Below, in pieces: positions 1-9,757 of a stretch of 64,000 nucleotides of DNA. Made by a program: the position numbers and the translations under genes. The stretch is taken from positions 5,120,001-5,184,000 of the forward strand of contig OZ250169.1 in assembly GCA_965237955.1 (NCBI GenBank), read 5' to 3'. The first letter of the stretch is position 1. Each line of letters begins with the position of its first letter. This DNA comes from Candidatus Marinacidobacterales bacterium. Its GTDB lineage: Bacteria; Acidobacteriota; Vicinamibacteria; Marinacidobacterales; SMYC01. The notes under the pieces are model-generated. The model saw only the letters and a program-made list of their open reading frames with translations. It made no database searches and was not told the origin of the DNA.

Positions 1-12
1 GTCTCCGCGGCG

Positions 13-1608
13 ATGGCCCTCAAAGTGACCAAGATGGGCTATGCCGGCTGGACCGGCGTGGCGCCTCTGATTCTCTATAGCGCCGAGGAAGATCGGGTCA
101 TCACCCGTGTCGGTGCTGGGACTACGCCGGCAAAGGCGACGCTCGCGCATTTTCGCGAGCACGGCAAAACACCCATCAATACCGCACTGATTCCCGCGGA
201 TGTCGACGTCTGGCTCGCAACGCTCGGCGAATACGGGACGTTCAGCTTCGAAGAGACGTCGGCCACGGCGCTCGAGGTCGCGGAAGGTGGTTATCATCTT
301 TATAAGCACCAGAAAGGGCTTCTCGATAGCCAACAGGAACAAATCCTTCGCTTCCCGTACAACGTTTCGTTCTGGTTCCCGAACGGGGTTGGTGAGCAAG
401 AGCTCGGCGACCGCATGGTGAATGCGGGCCTGGGGAAGCTCATCCGCTACATGCGCGATGCCGAGAAGAAAGCGCTCGCGGGAGGGGCGTCCCGCTCGGA
501 GGCGATTTGGGCCGCACGCGACGCTTTCTATAAGGGTGAGCCGGCACGCGCTGCTGCGAAGCTCTACGCGGGGTTCGACGACGGTCTGGTGACGTACGAA
601 GACCTTGCTACCTACGAGAGCAAGTGGATGGAACCGCTTCACACGAGCTACCGCGGATACGACGTGTACGTGTGCGACGGCTGGTCTCAGGGGCCGCGGT
701 TCATCTTGTTCTTGAACATGCTCGAGAACTTCGATGTCGAAGCGCTCGACTACAACACCGCGGACTACATCCACGTGTTGTCGCAAATCATCGAGCTCGG
801 AATGGCCGATAGTCACAAGTACATCGGTGATCCGGACGTCGTGGAAACACCCGAGGCGCTCTACACGAAAGCATATGCGAAAAAGCGTGTCGAGCTCATT
901 GATCGGGATAAAGCGTTCGAGGACATGCCGCCCTGGGGGGATCCCGCCAAGATGGAGAGCGTGGCAACGGATGCGCCCGACGCGCTTGCTCGAACGGGCG
1001 AGGTGATCGAGGAACTACCGCTCGGGGATACGACGTCGCTCAACGTGATGGATGGCGAGGGGAATCTTTTCTCGATGACAGAGAGCGACGGCCATATGGG
1101 GAGCCCGATGATCCCGGGCTGGGGCTTCGGCTTGGGCACCCGTATGCGGCAGTTGAACTTGGACCCGAGCCTTGCAAACGTCATGGCACCGAAGAAGAGA
1201 CCGCGAAACACTAACACCCCGGTACTGGTCATGAAGGACGGCAAACCGTTCATGGGTCTTTCGACTCCGGGTGGCGACCAGCAAATCCAGGCGATGATGC
1301 AGGTGCTTCTCAACGTTATCGTGTGGGGGATGTCGCCTGAGCACGCTGTCGATCAGCCGCGATTCGGAAGCTACAACTTTTCCGGCACCGGCGAAGAGGT
1401 CAATCGAAACCCCGGCGTCCTCAAGCTCGAGGATCGAATCCCGCAGCACACGTTCGAGGCTCTGCGGGCCAAAGGGCACCACGTCGAGCCATGGGGACTC
1501 TGGAACTGGCAAACGGGGGCACTTACCGTGACCTACCGTGATCCCGAGACCGACCTCATGATCGCCGCCGGCGACGTCCGGCGCGAGACGCTCTCTCTCG
1601 CGTACTGA
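13..1608 (+). CDS. ggt: Gamma-glutamyltransferase family protein (5' end probably outside the window)
   Basis: N-terminal nucleophile site GDTTSLNVMD; APKKRPRNTN and STPGGDQQ motifs; AVDQPRF. Confidence 0.88.
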   Translation: MALKVTKMGYAGWTGVAPLILYSAEEDRVITRVGAGTTPAKATLAHFREHGKTPINTALIPADVDVWLATLGEYGTFSFEETSATALEVAEGGYHLYKHQKGLLDSQQEQILRFPYNVSFWFPNGVGEQELGDRMVNAGLGKLIRYMRDAEKKALAGGASRSEAIWAARDAFYKGEPARAAAKLYAGFDDGLVTYEDLATYESKWMEPLHTSYRGYDVYVCDGWSQGPRFILFLNMLENFDVEALDYNTADYIHVLSQIIELGMADSHKYIGDPDVVETPEALYTKAYAKKRVELIDRDKAFEDMPPWGDPAKMESVATDAPDALARTGEVIEELPLGDTTSLNVMDGEGNLFSMTESDGHMGSPMIPGWGFGLGTRMRQLNLDPSLANVMAPKKRPRNTNTPVLVMKDGKPFMGLSTPGGDQQIQAMMQVLLNVIVWGMSPEHAVDQPRFGSYNFSGTGEEVNRNPGVLKLEDRIPQHTFEALRAKGHHVEPWGLWNWQTGALTVTYRDPETDLMIAAGDVRRETLSLAY

Positions 1609-1692
1609 TGAACTCTGATGCTAGTTGCCCTCTAGGGCACGCTCCAAGTCGGTCACTTCAACTACGAGCGCCACTTGAAAAAGGTATGACGA

Positions 1693-2073
1693 TCAACTCG
1701 AAGCTTTGTGGGAGCTTTCTATCAATAACAGTCCAGACTCGATGCGCTCTCGGATCGGTTCGGGAAGGCTCAAGAAGTCTCCCACCGACGTGAGGTCGAA
1801 GCCGTCTTTGATTTTGCCTTTGACTTGAACGTAGGCGCCTTTTCTCGGCACACCCTTCGTGGACAGAATCCACAACCGACCGGTCGTATCTTCCAGACGA
1901 TAGAAACCGTTTCCGGCGACCGAGTAGCTTTCGACGACTTCACCTTTGAGGGTGATGCTTCGATCCGCGTAGCGAGACGGATCGGCCAGGACGTCGTTGA
2001 CGGTTTTTTGCGCGCAGCTGGTGACGGCGAACCCGAGCGCGAGTGCGGCAGCTAGAGCGAGTTGCTTCGACAT
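1693..2073 (-). CDS. Hypothetical lipoprotein, OB-fold-like
   Basis: Signal with lipobox (AVTSC); pattern ITLKGEV...YRLEDTTGRLWI...VQVKGKI. Confidence 0.65.
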   Translation of the reverse strand: MSKQLALAAALALGFAVTSCAQKTVNDVLADPSRYADRSITLKGEVVESYSVAGNGFYRLEDTTGRLWILSTKGVPRKGAYVQVKGKIKDGFDLTSVGDFLSLPEPIRERIESGLLLIESSHKASS

Positions 2074-2227
2074 AGGTCTGACTCCTCTCACTTAGAATCA
2101 AAGCAGTCGCCGTGCCAAAACGTCGAAACATCGATAACTGGGGTAACTGGACTAAGTAGAGACGGTTACATTGCGCGGGCGCGGTACCCGTAGCGGTGGC
2201 ATTGTCCTCGAAAGAGGACGTTACCGC

Positions 2228-2608
2228 TTACTTTTTTCGAGTGCGCGGGTTGGGAGTGAGTTGCTCGTTCACTCTACGCGCGAGCAAATCTCGTACGATT
2301 TGAAAAGGCGCGGAACCGACTTTGCTCTCGACATCTCGCTTGGTTGCCTGCCACAGCGTATCGTTTCTCGCTAGATCGAGAAACTCGTGACCGGCCCACG
2401 TGATCCGCTCAGGCCACCACTGCCCGGGAACGAGTTCGTCCGCTACGATGAGACCGGCGTCGTGCATCAACTGCACGTGGTATTGGATGGATTCCGGATC
2501 GTAGCCGTTGTCGGCGATGTTGGCGAAGCCCGGACGCCGCGACGAATCTTCGCCCTCGGCTTCGATGTCCAGGAGTATTTGCCGGATTAGATCCAGGTCC
2601 CTTTTCAA
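2228..2608 (-). CDS. DUF2513 domain protein
   Basis: KRDLDLIRQILL...YHVQLMHDAGLI...ITWAGHEFLD signature. Confidence 0.8.
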   Translation of the reverse strand: MKRDLDLIRQILLDIEAEGEDSSRRPGFANIADNGYDPESIQYHVQLMHDAGLIVADELVPGQWWPERITWAGHEFLDLARNDTLWQATKRDVESKVGSAPFQIVRDLLARRVNEQLTPNPRTRKK

Positions 2609-2614
2609 TATTGT

Positions 2615-4345
2615 CTAGTCGCTTCCCTGGCCGTGGAACACTTTGCCTCCTATTATCGTGTAGACGATCTTCGCATCGAGGATCTCGTCGGCAGGGATCG
2701 TCATGATGTCCTTCGAGAAAACGGTGATGTCGGCGTACTTGCCCGGTGTTATGGAGCCTTTGACGTCTTCTTCGAACGCGGCATAGGCGTTGCTCAACGT
2801 GTACGATTCGAGCGCTTCCTCGCGCGTCATCGCCTGCTCGGGGAAGAACACGCTTCCGTCGTTGGCGATGCGGGTGACCGCGGCATGAAAGCTCCCGAGC
2901 GGGTCCGCGTCTTCCACGGGAACGTCGGTTCCATTGGTCACGACTGCGCCCGAATCGAGAAGAGCTCTCCACATGTACGCTCCGGTTTCGGCGCGCTCGG
3001 CGCCGAGTCGCTTGAAGACCCACGGCGCATCGGACGTGCAGTGGTTGCTTTGCATCGCCGCGATCACGCCGAGCTCGGTGAAGCGAGGGATGTCGTCGGG
3101 ATGAATGTGCTGTGCGTGCTCGATGCGCCAGCGGAGGTCGGTACCACCGTTGTCCGCGGCCTCGAACGCTTTCTCGTAGATGTCCAGGACTTCGCGATTG
3201 GCGCGGTCACCGATCGCGTGGGTGTTCACCTGGTAGCCGTGCTTCACCGCGATCTCCGTCGTGCCGGTAATGTCTTCGACGGTCTCGAGTACGAGACCGA
3301 CGGAGTCGTGATCTTCGTAGGGCTCGAGAAGCCACGCACCGTGGGAGCCGAGCGCGCCGTCAATCTGGCGCTTGATCGATCGCACGGTGAGATGGCCGTC
3401 GTATGCGTTCGTCATCTTGTACTCGGGGAGTTTTTGGTCCATGGTCTCGTTCGACTCGCGCCGCACCATGACGTACAAGCGCACCGGAAGACGTCCCGCC
3501 TCGGCCATCTCCCGATAGAAGTCGATGGTTTGGAAGTTGGCACCGGCGTCGTGGAAGCTGGTGATGCCTTTGCCGAGAAGATCAGCGCTCGCGAGCTCGA
3601 CGCGCAGATCGTCATCGGCGCGGCGCTCTTCCTGCGCTCGGTTGTCCAAATACTCTTGGACGAGGTTGCTCACCAAACGCTGTGCGGTTTCCCGGAGCGC
3701 ACCCGTGGACTCGCCGTCAGCGCTTCTCACGATGGTGCCGCCGGGCGGATCCGGAGTGTTCCGATCGATGCCGGCGAGCTCCATGGCGGCCGCGTTCGCG
3801 AAAGCCGCGTGTCCACTAGCATGCCCGAGGAAGACAGGGTTGTTCGGAGAGACCTCGCTCAAACCGGCGTGGTCGGGCATGCCGTCGATAGCGCGCGGGG
3901 GCAGAGCGTCCCACTTTTCCTGGTGCCAACCGCGACCCCGGATCCATGTCCCCGGCTCGGCGTTTTCGGCCGCGTCGCCGACCATGGCGACGATTTCGTT
4001 CCAATTGTCGACCTTGGTCAGGTCGAGGATCATCTTGGCGTTGCCGAGGCTCATGAAGTGGCCGTGGCCTTCGATGAACCCCGGCACCGCGAGCTGCCCT
4101 TTGAGATCGATCACTTCGGTGGCGTCCGCGATGTGGCCCGCGATGTCTGTACTGGTCCCAACGGCGAGAACCAGACCGTCCTTGATGGCGACCGCTTCAG
4201 CTTCGGGAAGCGCTTCGTCGACGGTGACGACTCTTCCGTTCGTCAAAACCATGTCGGCGGGCTCTTTCGTGTCCTCCCGAGCACACCCGGATGCCAAAGC
4301 GAAGGCAAGAAGTCCCAAGATGTTTCGTGTCATTCTCAATGTCAA
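2615..4345 (-). CDS. Amidohydrolase 3 (YtcJ-like) lipoprotein
   Basis: PGFIEGHGH, DGALGSHGAW, HAIGDRA, RIEHAQ, GTDVPVE, GSITPGKYAD; lipobox ASGC. Confidence 0.9.
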   Translation of the reverse strand: MTLRMTRNILGLLAFALASGCAREDTKEPADMVLTNGRVVTVDEALPEAEAVAIKDGLVLAVGTSTDIAGHIADATEVIDLKGQLAVPGFIEGHGHFMSLGNAKMILDLTKVDNWNEIVAMVGDAAENAEPGTWIRGRGWHQEKWDALPPRAIDGMPDHAGLSEVSPNNPVFLGHASGHAAFANAAAMELAGIDRNTPDPPGGTIVRSADGESTGALRETAQRLVSNLVQEYLDNRAQEERRADDDLRVELASADLLGKGITSFHDAGANFQTIDFYREMAEAGRLPVRLYVMVRRESNETMDQKLPEYKMTNAYDGHLTVRSIKRQIDGALGSHGAWLLEPYEDHDSVGLVLETVEDITGTTEIAVKHGYQVNTHAIGDRANREVLDIYEKAFEAADNGGTDLRWRIEHAQHIHPDDIPRFTELGVIAAMQSNHCTSDAPWVFKRLGAERAETGAYMWRALLDSGAVVTNGTDVPVEDADPLGSFHAAVTRIANDGSVFFPEQAMTREEALESYTLSNAYAAFEEDVKGSITPGKYADITVFSKDIMTIPADEILDAKIVYTIIGGKVFHGQGSD

Positions 4346-4376
4346 TCTCCTGAAAACGCGGTAGCGCGCGGGGAGC

Positions 4377-5540
4377 TTACAACCGAGACGGGCTCTTGGG
4401 CAAGAGGAGCACGAACGGCAGACGGAGCATCGCGAAGCCGGCGCACCAGTAGTACGCGGCGCGGAGCCCTATCGAATCGCCGAGGGCGCCAACGACGAGA
4501 AGAATCATCCCGCGCGCGGCGAAACTGATCATGAAGTACGTGCCGTTCGCGGCCGCTGGGTTGTCCCCGGCGTTTTCGAGAACCATGGCCATGATGACGG
4601 GAGCGCTAGACAACATGGTGATACCGAGGAGCGCGAGCACGGCGAGCTGCGCGAGGCCCTCCGTTTGGAGAAAGAGCAGCATCAAAGGAGGCGAGGCCAC
4701 CAGGTTGATGGCGAGCACGCGGCGGCGACCCACGTAGTCACTGAGTGTTCCCGACGTCAGCGCACCGGCGGCACCGGCGAGCTCGAGAAGCGACAGAGAA
4801 ATGTTCGCACGCCAGAGACTCTGCCCTTCGCCGTACAGAAAGGTCGGAAGAAACGTCGTCAGGGCGCCGGCCATGAATGCTCGCGCGACGAGGATCCCGG
4901 TAACACCGATTAGCACCCGACGCATTTTCGACAAGACGCGGAACAGATGAAGCGGCGGATTTCTTGGGCGCTCGATGTCGACTTGTCCGAGCTTCCACCA
5001 CGAAAGCGCCGACGAGGCAAGGGCGATGGGGATCATCCGCCACATGCCTTCGAGCCCGTACCAAGACACGACCTGCACCGCGACGAGAGGACCGACGGTA
5101 CGTGCTAGCTCGCCCGCCACCATGAAAAAGCTCATGCCGCGCCCGACGTTCCCGCCCGAGACCTGATGGATCAGAACCGGCGCGGACACATGGAGAGTCG
5201 AGACGCTGAGTCCCGCGGTCAGCAGAATGACCGCGAGGACGCCGTACGAGGGTGCGAGTCCCATCAAGCACATGAGCGTGCCCGATCCTCCCGGCCCGAT
5301 GGCAACGAACAGCCGGTGGAGCTGCGAGCGGTCGACGAACGATCCTAGGAACGGATTGAAGAACGACGGGACTTGCGTCAGGACAACGAGCGTACTCGCT
5401 TGAAACAGGGTGAGGCCGAGCTTGTCGATAATGAGTGGGAGGAGCGGCGCCAAGAAAGCGGTAAAGACGTCGTGAATGAAGTGAGCGCTCGCGAGGAGAA
5501 GAACGAGTCCCGTTGCGAAGGTGCCCGCGCGCTTGCTCAC
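4377..5540 (-). CDS. MFS transporter (Fsr-like)
   Basis: Many TM segments; HFIHDVF..LAPLLP start; motif A GTLSDYVGRR; GTG start overlaps the upstream stop. Confidence 0.85.
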   Translation of the reverse strand: MSKRAGTFATGLVLLLASAHFIHDVFTAFLAPLLPLIIDKLGLTLFQASTLVVLTQVPSFFNPFLGSFVDRSQLHRLFVAIGPGGSGTLMCLMGLAPSYGVLAVILLTAGLSVSTLHVSAPVLIHQVSGGNVGRGMSFFMVAGELARTVGPLVAVQVVSWYGLEGMWRMIPIALASSALSWWKLGQVDIERPRNPPLHLFRVLSKMRRVLIGVTGILVARAFMAGALTTFLPTFLYGEGQSLWRANISLSLLELAGAAGALTSGTLSDYVGRRRVLAINLVASPPLMLLFLQTEGLAQLAVLALLGITMLSSAPVIMAMVLENAGDNPAAANGTYFMISFAARGMILLVVGALGDSIGLRAAYYWCAGFAMLRLPFVLLLPKSPSRL

Positions 5541-6529
5541 GCGGTGAGGACGAGTTCTTGTGACAACTCGAGAAGCTCCCGTTTTTTGTCGATGCCGTAG
5601 CTGAGCGGCAGCTGAGCGACACCGATGAGCCGGCGCATGATCTCGACGCCGGCGCACTGGCGGGAGAGAGCCTGTGTGCTCGCGTCGGCTCCATAGCTCG
5701 AGAGCACGCGATCGATGAGCTCCTCGGGCTGGTTGGCGAGGTAGAGGTGGCCGAGCATGACGCCTACGTCGAACGCCGCCGTCCCCATGAAACAAAACTC
5801 GGGGTCGATGATGCGCACGCCGTCGGCGGTACGTAGCCAGCTCCCGGGAAAATAGTCACCATGAACGAGGATTTCGCCGTCGCTCAAATACAGCTCTCCC
5901 AACTCGGTGATGCGCTCGACGTATGTGGAATCCCTCTTCAAGAGCTCCGACGCGGCTTGCAGGCCGTCCGTGGAGGCCTCGAGATCGATACCATTGTCGG
6001 GCTGGAGAGGGAGCTGAAAGATGTGCTCGTGGTTGAGGACGCGCATCTCGCGGTGGTTGAAAATCTTCGGTAGCTCCTTCCACCGCACGTGGAGCGCGAC
6101 GAGATAGGACACGAGCGCGTCGAGATCGGCCTGGGACAAGCGGTCTCCGGAGTAGAGCGACGTGAAGTCGCGGGCCTCACCGAGATCCTCGAGCACGAGG
6201 ACCTGCGCGTCGGGATCGCTCGCTAAAAGCTTTGGCATCGCGTCCCGAAGTGTGGTTCTCGTCGTGGCCGCTTCGTAGAACGCGGTTTCGACCAGCGCAC
6301 GCGAGTCCGGTGCGGGGATCTGCGGGTACTTCTCGACCCAGGGACGGGCTTGCTTGAGGATAAACGAGCGAGTATCGGTCTTGAGCCGGAGCGTGAGGTT
6401 CATGTTGCCCTCGCCCGCTTTCTCCGCGGAGACAAGCGACTCATCGGCGGAGATGAACCCTCGACCCTTCGCGTAGCGCTCGAGGCTCGAGATGTCGGAC
6501 GGATCGAGGAAATGGTCCTGACTCATCAA
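5537..6529 (-). CDS. Phosphotransferase, methylthioribose-kinase-like
   Basis: GEGNMN, ILKQARPW, LVHGDYFPGS and IIDPEF motifs of the MtnK/APH fold. Confidence 0.8.
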   Translation of the reverse strand: MMSQDHFLDPSDISSLERYAKGRGFISADESLVSAEKAGEGNMNLTLRLKTDTRSFILKQARPWVEKYPQIPAPDSRALVETAFYEAATTRTTLRDAMPKLLASDPDAQVLVLEDLGEARDFTSLYSGDRLSQADLDALVSYLVALHVRWKELPKIFNHREMRVLNHEHIFQLPLQPDNGIDLEASTDGLQAASELLKRDSTYVERITELGELYLSDGEILVHGDYFPGSWLRTADGVRIIDPEFCFMGTAAFDVGVMLGHLYLANQPEELIDRVLSSYGADASTQALSRQCAGVEIMRRLIGVAQLPLSYGIDKKRELLELSQELVLTA

Positions 6530-6556
6530 GCCGCGCTTCCCTTACAATGGGCGGCT

Positions 6557-6940
6557 GTGCAGTATGCGGAGCACTTGGGCTTTTGGTCGATCCTGCCTGT
6601 TCTTCTTGCCATCGCGTGCGCGGTGGTGACGCGCAAAGTGATTCTAGCGCTTTTTCTCGGTGTCTATATAGGCGTGCTGACACTCGAGCGCGGCAATCCG
6701 ATCACCGCCGCCACGAGCTTGATCCGCGACTACCTCGTGGTGCAGCTCACCGACTCTTACAACGCCGGCGTCCTCGTGCTGCTCGCGTTCATCGGAGGCT
6801 TCGTCGCTCTGATGGGACGCTCGGGTGGCGCGGCCGTGTTCGCGCGCCGGGCATCGCATCTAGTCTCGAACGGTGCCGCTGTGCTCGCGGTGACATCGGT
6901 GGTGTGGCTCGGTCGGCAAGAATGGGATAAGTTGAGCTAG
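6557..6940 (+). pseudogene. Truncated NhaC-family antiporter/amino-acid transporter
   Basis: N-terminus WSILPVLLAI...RKVILALFLG...MGRSGG typical of NhaC family, but only ~127 aa. Confidence 0.65.
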
Positions 6941-7072
6941 TCCCCTGGATCTTTGATTACTATACAAAGTTAGGCTTTTCGCCAGCCCATAATATTCATA
7001 AGATTCATGCACTTAGAATGGTTTCGGCAAGCTCTGCTTTATCTAGTTTGTTCTGATACAGGGGACTAGGCA

Positions 7073-9403
7073 TTGATGATCACTCTCCTGCGCCTTTTGG
7101 CACTCTCCGCGCTATGCGTGCTCGTGGCGATTCCTGTCTGGGCCGCTTACGATGTTGACGACGACGACGAGACCGGCGGTGTCGTCATTTACGGACCGCC
7201 GGCTCCGGTGGCGCCCGCGGTGGTCGCGCGCGACGAGGCCGGTCGGGTGACCGTCCGAGCGACCCGCATCTCCGAAGCCATCGTTATCGACGGGAAGCTC
7301 GACGATGAGGTCTACGCACGCGTCGGTCCCATGAGCGGTTTCATCCAGCAAGAGCCTAACGAAGGCGCGCCCGCTACCGAGAAAACCGAGTCGTGGGTGT
7401 TCTTCGACGACAACAATGTCTACATCACTGCCCGCTGCTGGGATAGCCATCCCGAACGCATGATCATCAACGAGATGCGCCGGGACAACAGCAATATCCG
7501 CGAAAACGCGAGCTTCACCGTCGTGCTGGATACCTTCTACGATCGGAGGAACGGGTTCTTCTTCCAGACGAACCCGCTGGGAGCGCTGCGCGACCAGGCG
7601 GTCGGTGACGAGGGGCAGTCGAACAACAATGATTGGAACACGGTGTGGGATGTCGGCGCTTCGGTTTTCGAGCAGGGCTGGATCGCCGAGATCGTGATTC
7701 CGTTCAAATCGTTGCGCTACAAGAAAGGTCGAGACCAGATCTGGAGCATCAACTTGAGGCGTACGGTGCAGTGGAAGAACGAGGAATCGTTTCTTTCTCC
7801 CGTGGCCGCATCGCATCGCTACCGGGGGATCTATCGATTCTCCGAGGCTGCGACCCTCGTCGGTATCCAGGCGCCGGTGTCGTCGCGGAATCTCGAGCTC
7901 AAGCCATACGGCATCACGTCGGCGATCACGGACAACAATGCCGAGCCCCGCGTGTCGAACGACGTCAACGCCGATGTCGGATTCGACTTGAAGTACGGTT
8001 TGACGAAGAGCCTGATCGCCGATTTTACCTACAACACCGACTTCGCCCAGATCGAGGTAGATCAGCAGCAGGTCAATTTGACCCGGTTCAGCTTGTTCTT
8101 TCCCGAGAAGCGTGACTTTTTTCTGGAAGGTCAGAACATCTTCGCGTTCGCGGGCGTGCGGCTCCGCGGCGGTGGGTCCTTTCGTCCGGGACGCACTGGT
8201 CGGAACTTGACGCCGATCATGTTCTTCAGCCGCCGTATTGGCCTCACCGCGGATGGCGTCGATCCCATCATAATAGGTGGTCGCGTGACCGGACGAGCGG
8301 GCGCTTACCGGATTGGTGCGCTCAACATCCAGACCGAGGGCATCGAAGGCGCGGTGGACCCGAGCAACTTTTCCGTGCTGCGGGTGCGGCGAGACCTGTT
8401 CGGCAGGAGCGACATCGGCGCGATCGCGACCTACCGCAACACGTCGGTGTCGGAGCTCGGTGTCTCGAACGGTGTGTTCGGAATCGACGGCAATTTTGCT
8501 TTCTTCACCAACCTCCGGTTGAACGCCTACTACACGGTGAGCCAGACAGACCTCGAAGAAGAGAGTTTGCCTGGCGACCAGACGAGCTACATGGGGCGGC
8601 TCGACTACGGCGGTGACCGATACGGATTACAGCTCGAGCATCTCAAAGTCGGTGAGTCGTTCAGCCCGGAGCTCGGTTTCATGCCGCGCGAGGCGTTTAC
8701 TCGTAGCTTCGGTCAAGTGCGGTTCAGCCCGCGGGCACCGTCGATCGACGCGGTGAGACGCTTTATCTTCCAGGCGGAGGTCGACTACATCACCAACGAG
8801 CCCTTCGGGTTCGTGGAGACGCGTCGTCTCCAAGCTCAGGCTGGGATCGAGTTCAACGCGGGTGACGAGACGACGGTGGAGTACAACAGGATATACGAGT
8901 TCCTACCCGAGGATTTCGAGATCTCCGACGGTATCATCCTGCCCGCCGGAAGCGCCTATACCTACCAGGACGTGAACTTCATCTACCGTTTCGGACCACA
9001 ACGACGGGTTCCCGCCTTCGCGACCTTCCGGGCCGGCAGTTTCTTTAGCGGTTACCGGCAGGAATTGAGCTATAACGGCCGCATCGAGGTCACGTCGAAA
9101 TTTTCGATCGAGCCTCGCATCGCGCTGAATTGGGTCGATCTTCCGGAGGGAGACTTCACGTCGAATCTTGTGAGCTTGCGTGTCACCTATTCGATGTCGC
9201 CGCGGATGTTCGTGAGCGGTTTGTTCCAGTACAACTCGAGCAGTAGCGCTCTCAGCTCGAACGTTCGCTTCCGCTGGGAGTACGAGCCGGGAAGCGACCT
9301 CTTTGTCGTCTACAGCGACGGCCGCGAGGCCGGGCTCGGTGGTTTTCCGCTCTTGCTCAACCGCACCTTTGCGGTGAAGATGACGAAACTATTCCGATTC
9401 TGA
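7073..9403 (+). CDS. CBM9-like / DUF5916 outer-membrane protein
   Basis: Signal peptide, IDGKLDD, WIAEIVIPFKSLRY, NTDFAQIEVD..VNLTRFSLFFPEKRDFFLEG; C-terminal Phe. Confidence 0.85.
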   Translation: MMITLLRLLALSALCVLVAIPVWAAYDVDDDDETGGVVIYGPPAPVAPAVVARDEAGRVTVRATRISEAIVIDGKLDDEVYARVGPMSGFIQQEPNEGAPATEKTESWVFFDDNNVYITARCWDSHPERMIINEMRRDNSNIRENASFTVVLDTFYDRRNGFFFQTNPLGALRDQAVGDEGQSNNNDWNTVWDVGASVFEQGWIAEIVIPFKSLRYKKGRDQIWSINLRRTVQWKNEESFLSPVAASHRYRGIYRFSEAATLVGIQAPVSSRNLELKPYGITSAITDNNAEPRVSNDVNADVGFDLKYGLTKSLIADFTYNTDFAQIEVDQQQVNLTRFSLFFPEKRDFFLEGQNIFAFAGVRLRGGGSFRPGRTGRNLTPIMFFSRRIGLTADGVDPIIIGGRVTGRAGAYRIGALNIQTEGIEGAVDPSNFSVLRVRRDLFGRSDIGAIATYRNTSVSELGVSNGVFGIDGNFAFFTNLRLNAYYTVSQTDLEEESLPGDQTSYMGRLDYGGDRYGLQLEHLKVGESFSPELGFMPREAFTRSFGQVRFSPRAPSIDAVRRFIFQAEVDYITNEPFGFVETRRLQAQAGIEFNAGDETTVEYNRIYEFLPEDFEISDGIILPAGSAYTYQDVNFIYRFGPQRRVPAFATFRAGSFFSGYRQELSYNGRIEVTSKFSIEPRIALNWVDLPEGDFTSNLVSLRVTYSMSPRMFVSGLFQYNSSSSALSSNVRFRWEYEPGSDLFVVYSDGREAGLGGFPLLLNRTFAVKMTKLFRF

Positions 9404-9623
9404 CAGCATGCGCTCGATGCGCTCTTCCGGATAGCTCAAGAGCCTTCCCATCTCGCGCGCGATGTCTTTGCGCTCCTCGCCTTCGTAACGCTAGAGGAGA
9501 AACCCATGACACCCCGGCCACGTTGACTGCGAATTTCGTCTTGGGTCGGCGCGATGTGGGTTGGACTCCGGAGCTCAGCGGGGCGGCTCCAGCGGCGGCC
9601 AGAAAGTGTCTTCGGCTCCTCAC
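9385..9623 (-). pseudogene. Fused gene remnants: Tat-signal N-terminus (sugar-isomerase TIM-barrel-like) plus an unrelated C-terminal stub
   Basis: SRRHFLAAAGA...KFAVNV, then in another frame EERKDIAREMGRLLSYPEERIERML. Confidence 0.35.
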
Positions 9624-9757
9624 GAGGCCGGCAGGGTTTCAGATTTTGGGGGTCGTGTCAATATGTTGTGGCTGAGTCGGTTAGCGCGCCGAAAAAAGCG
9701 GCGCGGAAGACACCACTGTGCTACTATGTCCTGGTTACTAACCGGTCGGTAAATACC

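Noticed and set aside
2633-4528. 631-aa + strand ORF and similar long antisense ORFs (11994-13079, 50089-51300, 42260-43744)
   Set aside because: They are shadows of well-supported genes on the opposite strand in GC-rich DNA and carry no motifs.
9624-9757. Possible ilv attenuator (hairpin cgcgccg-aaaaaag-cggcgcg)
   Set aside because: No Ile/Leu/Val-rich leader peptide and no U-tract after the stem.
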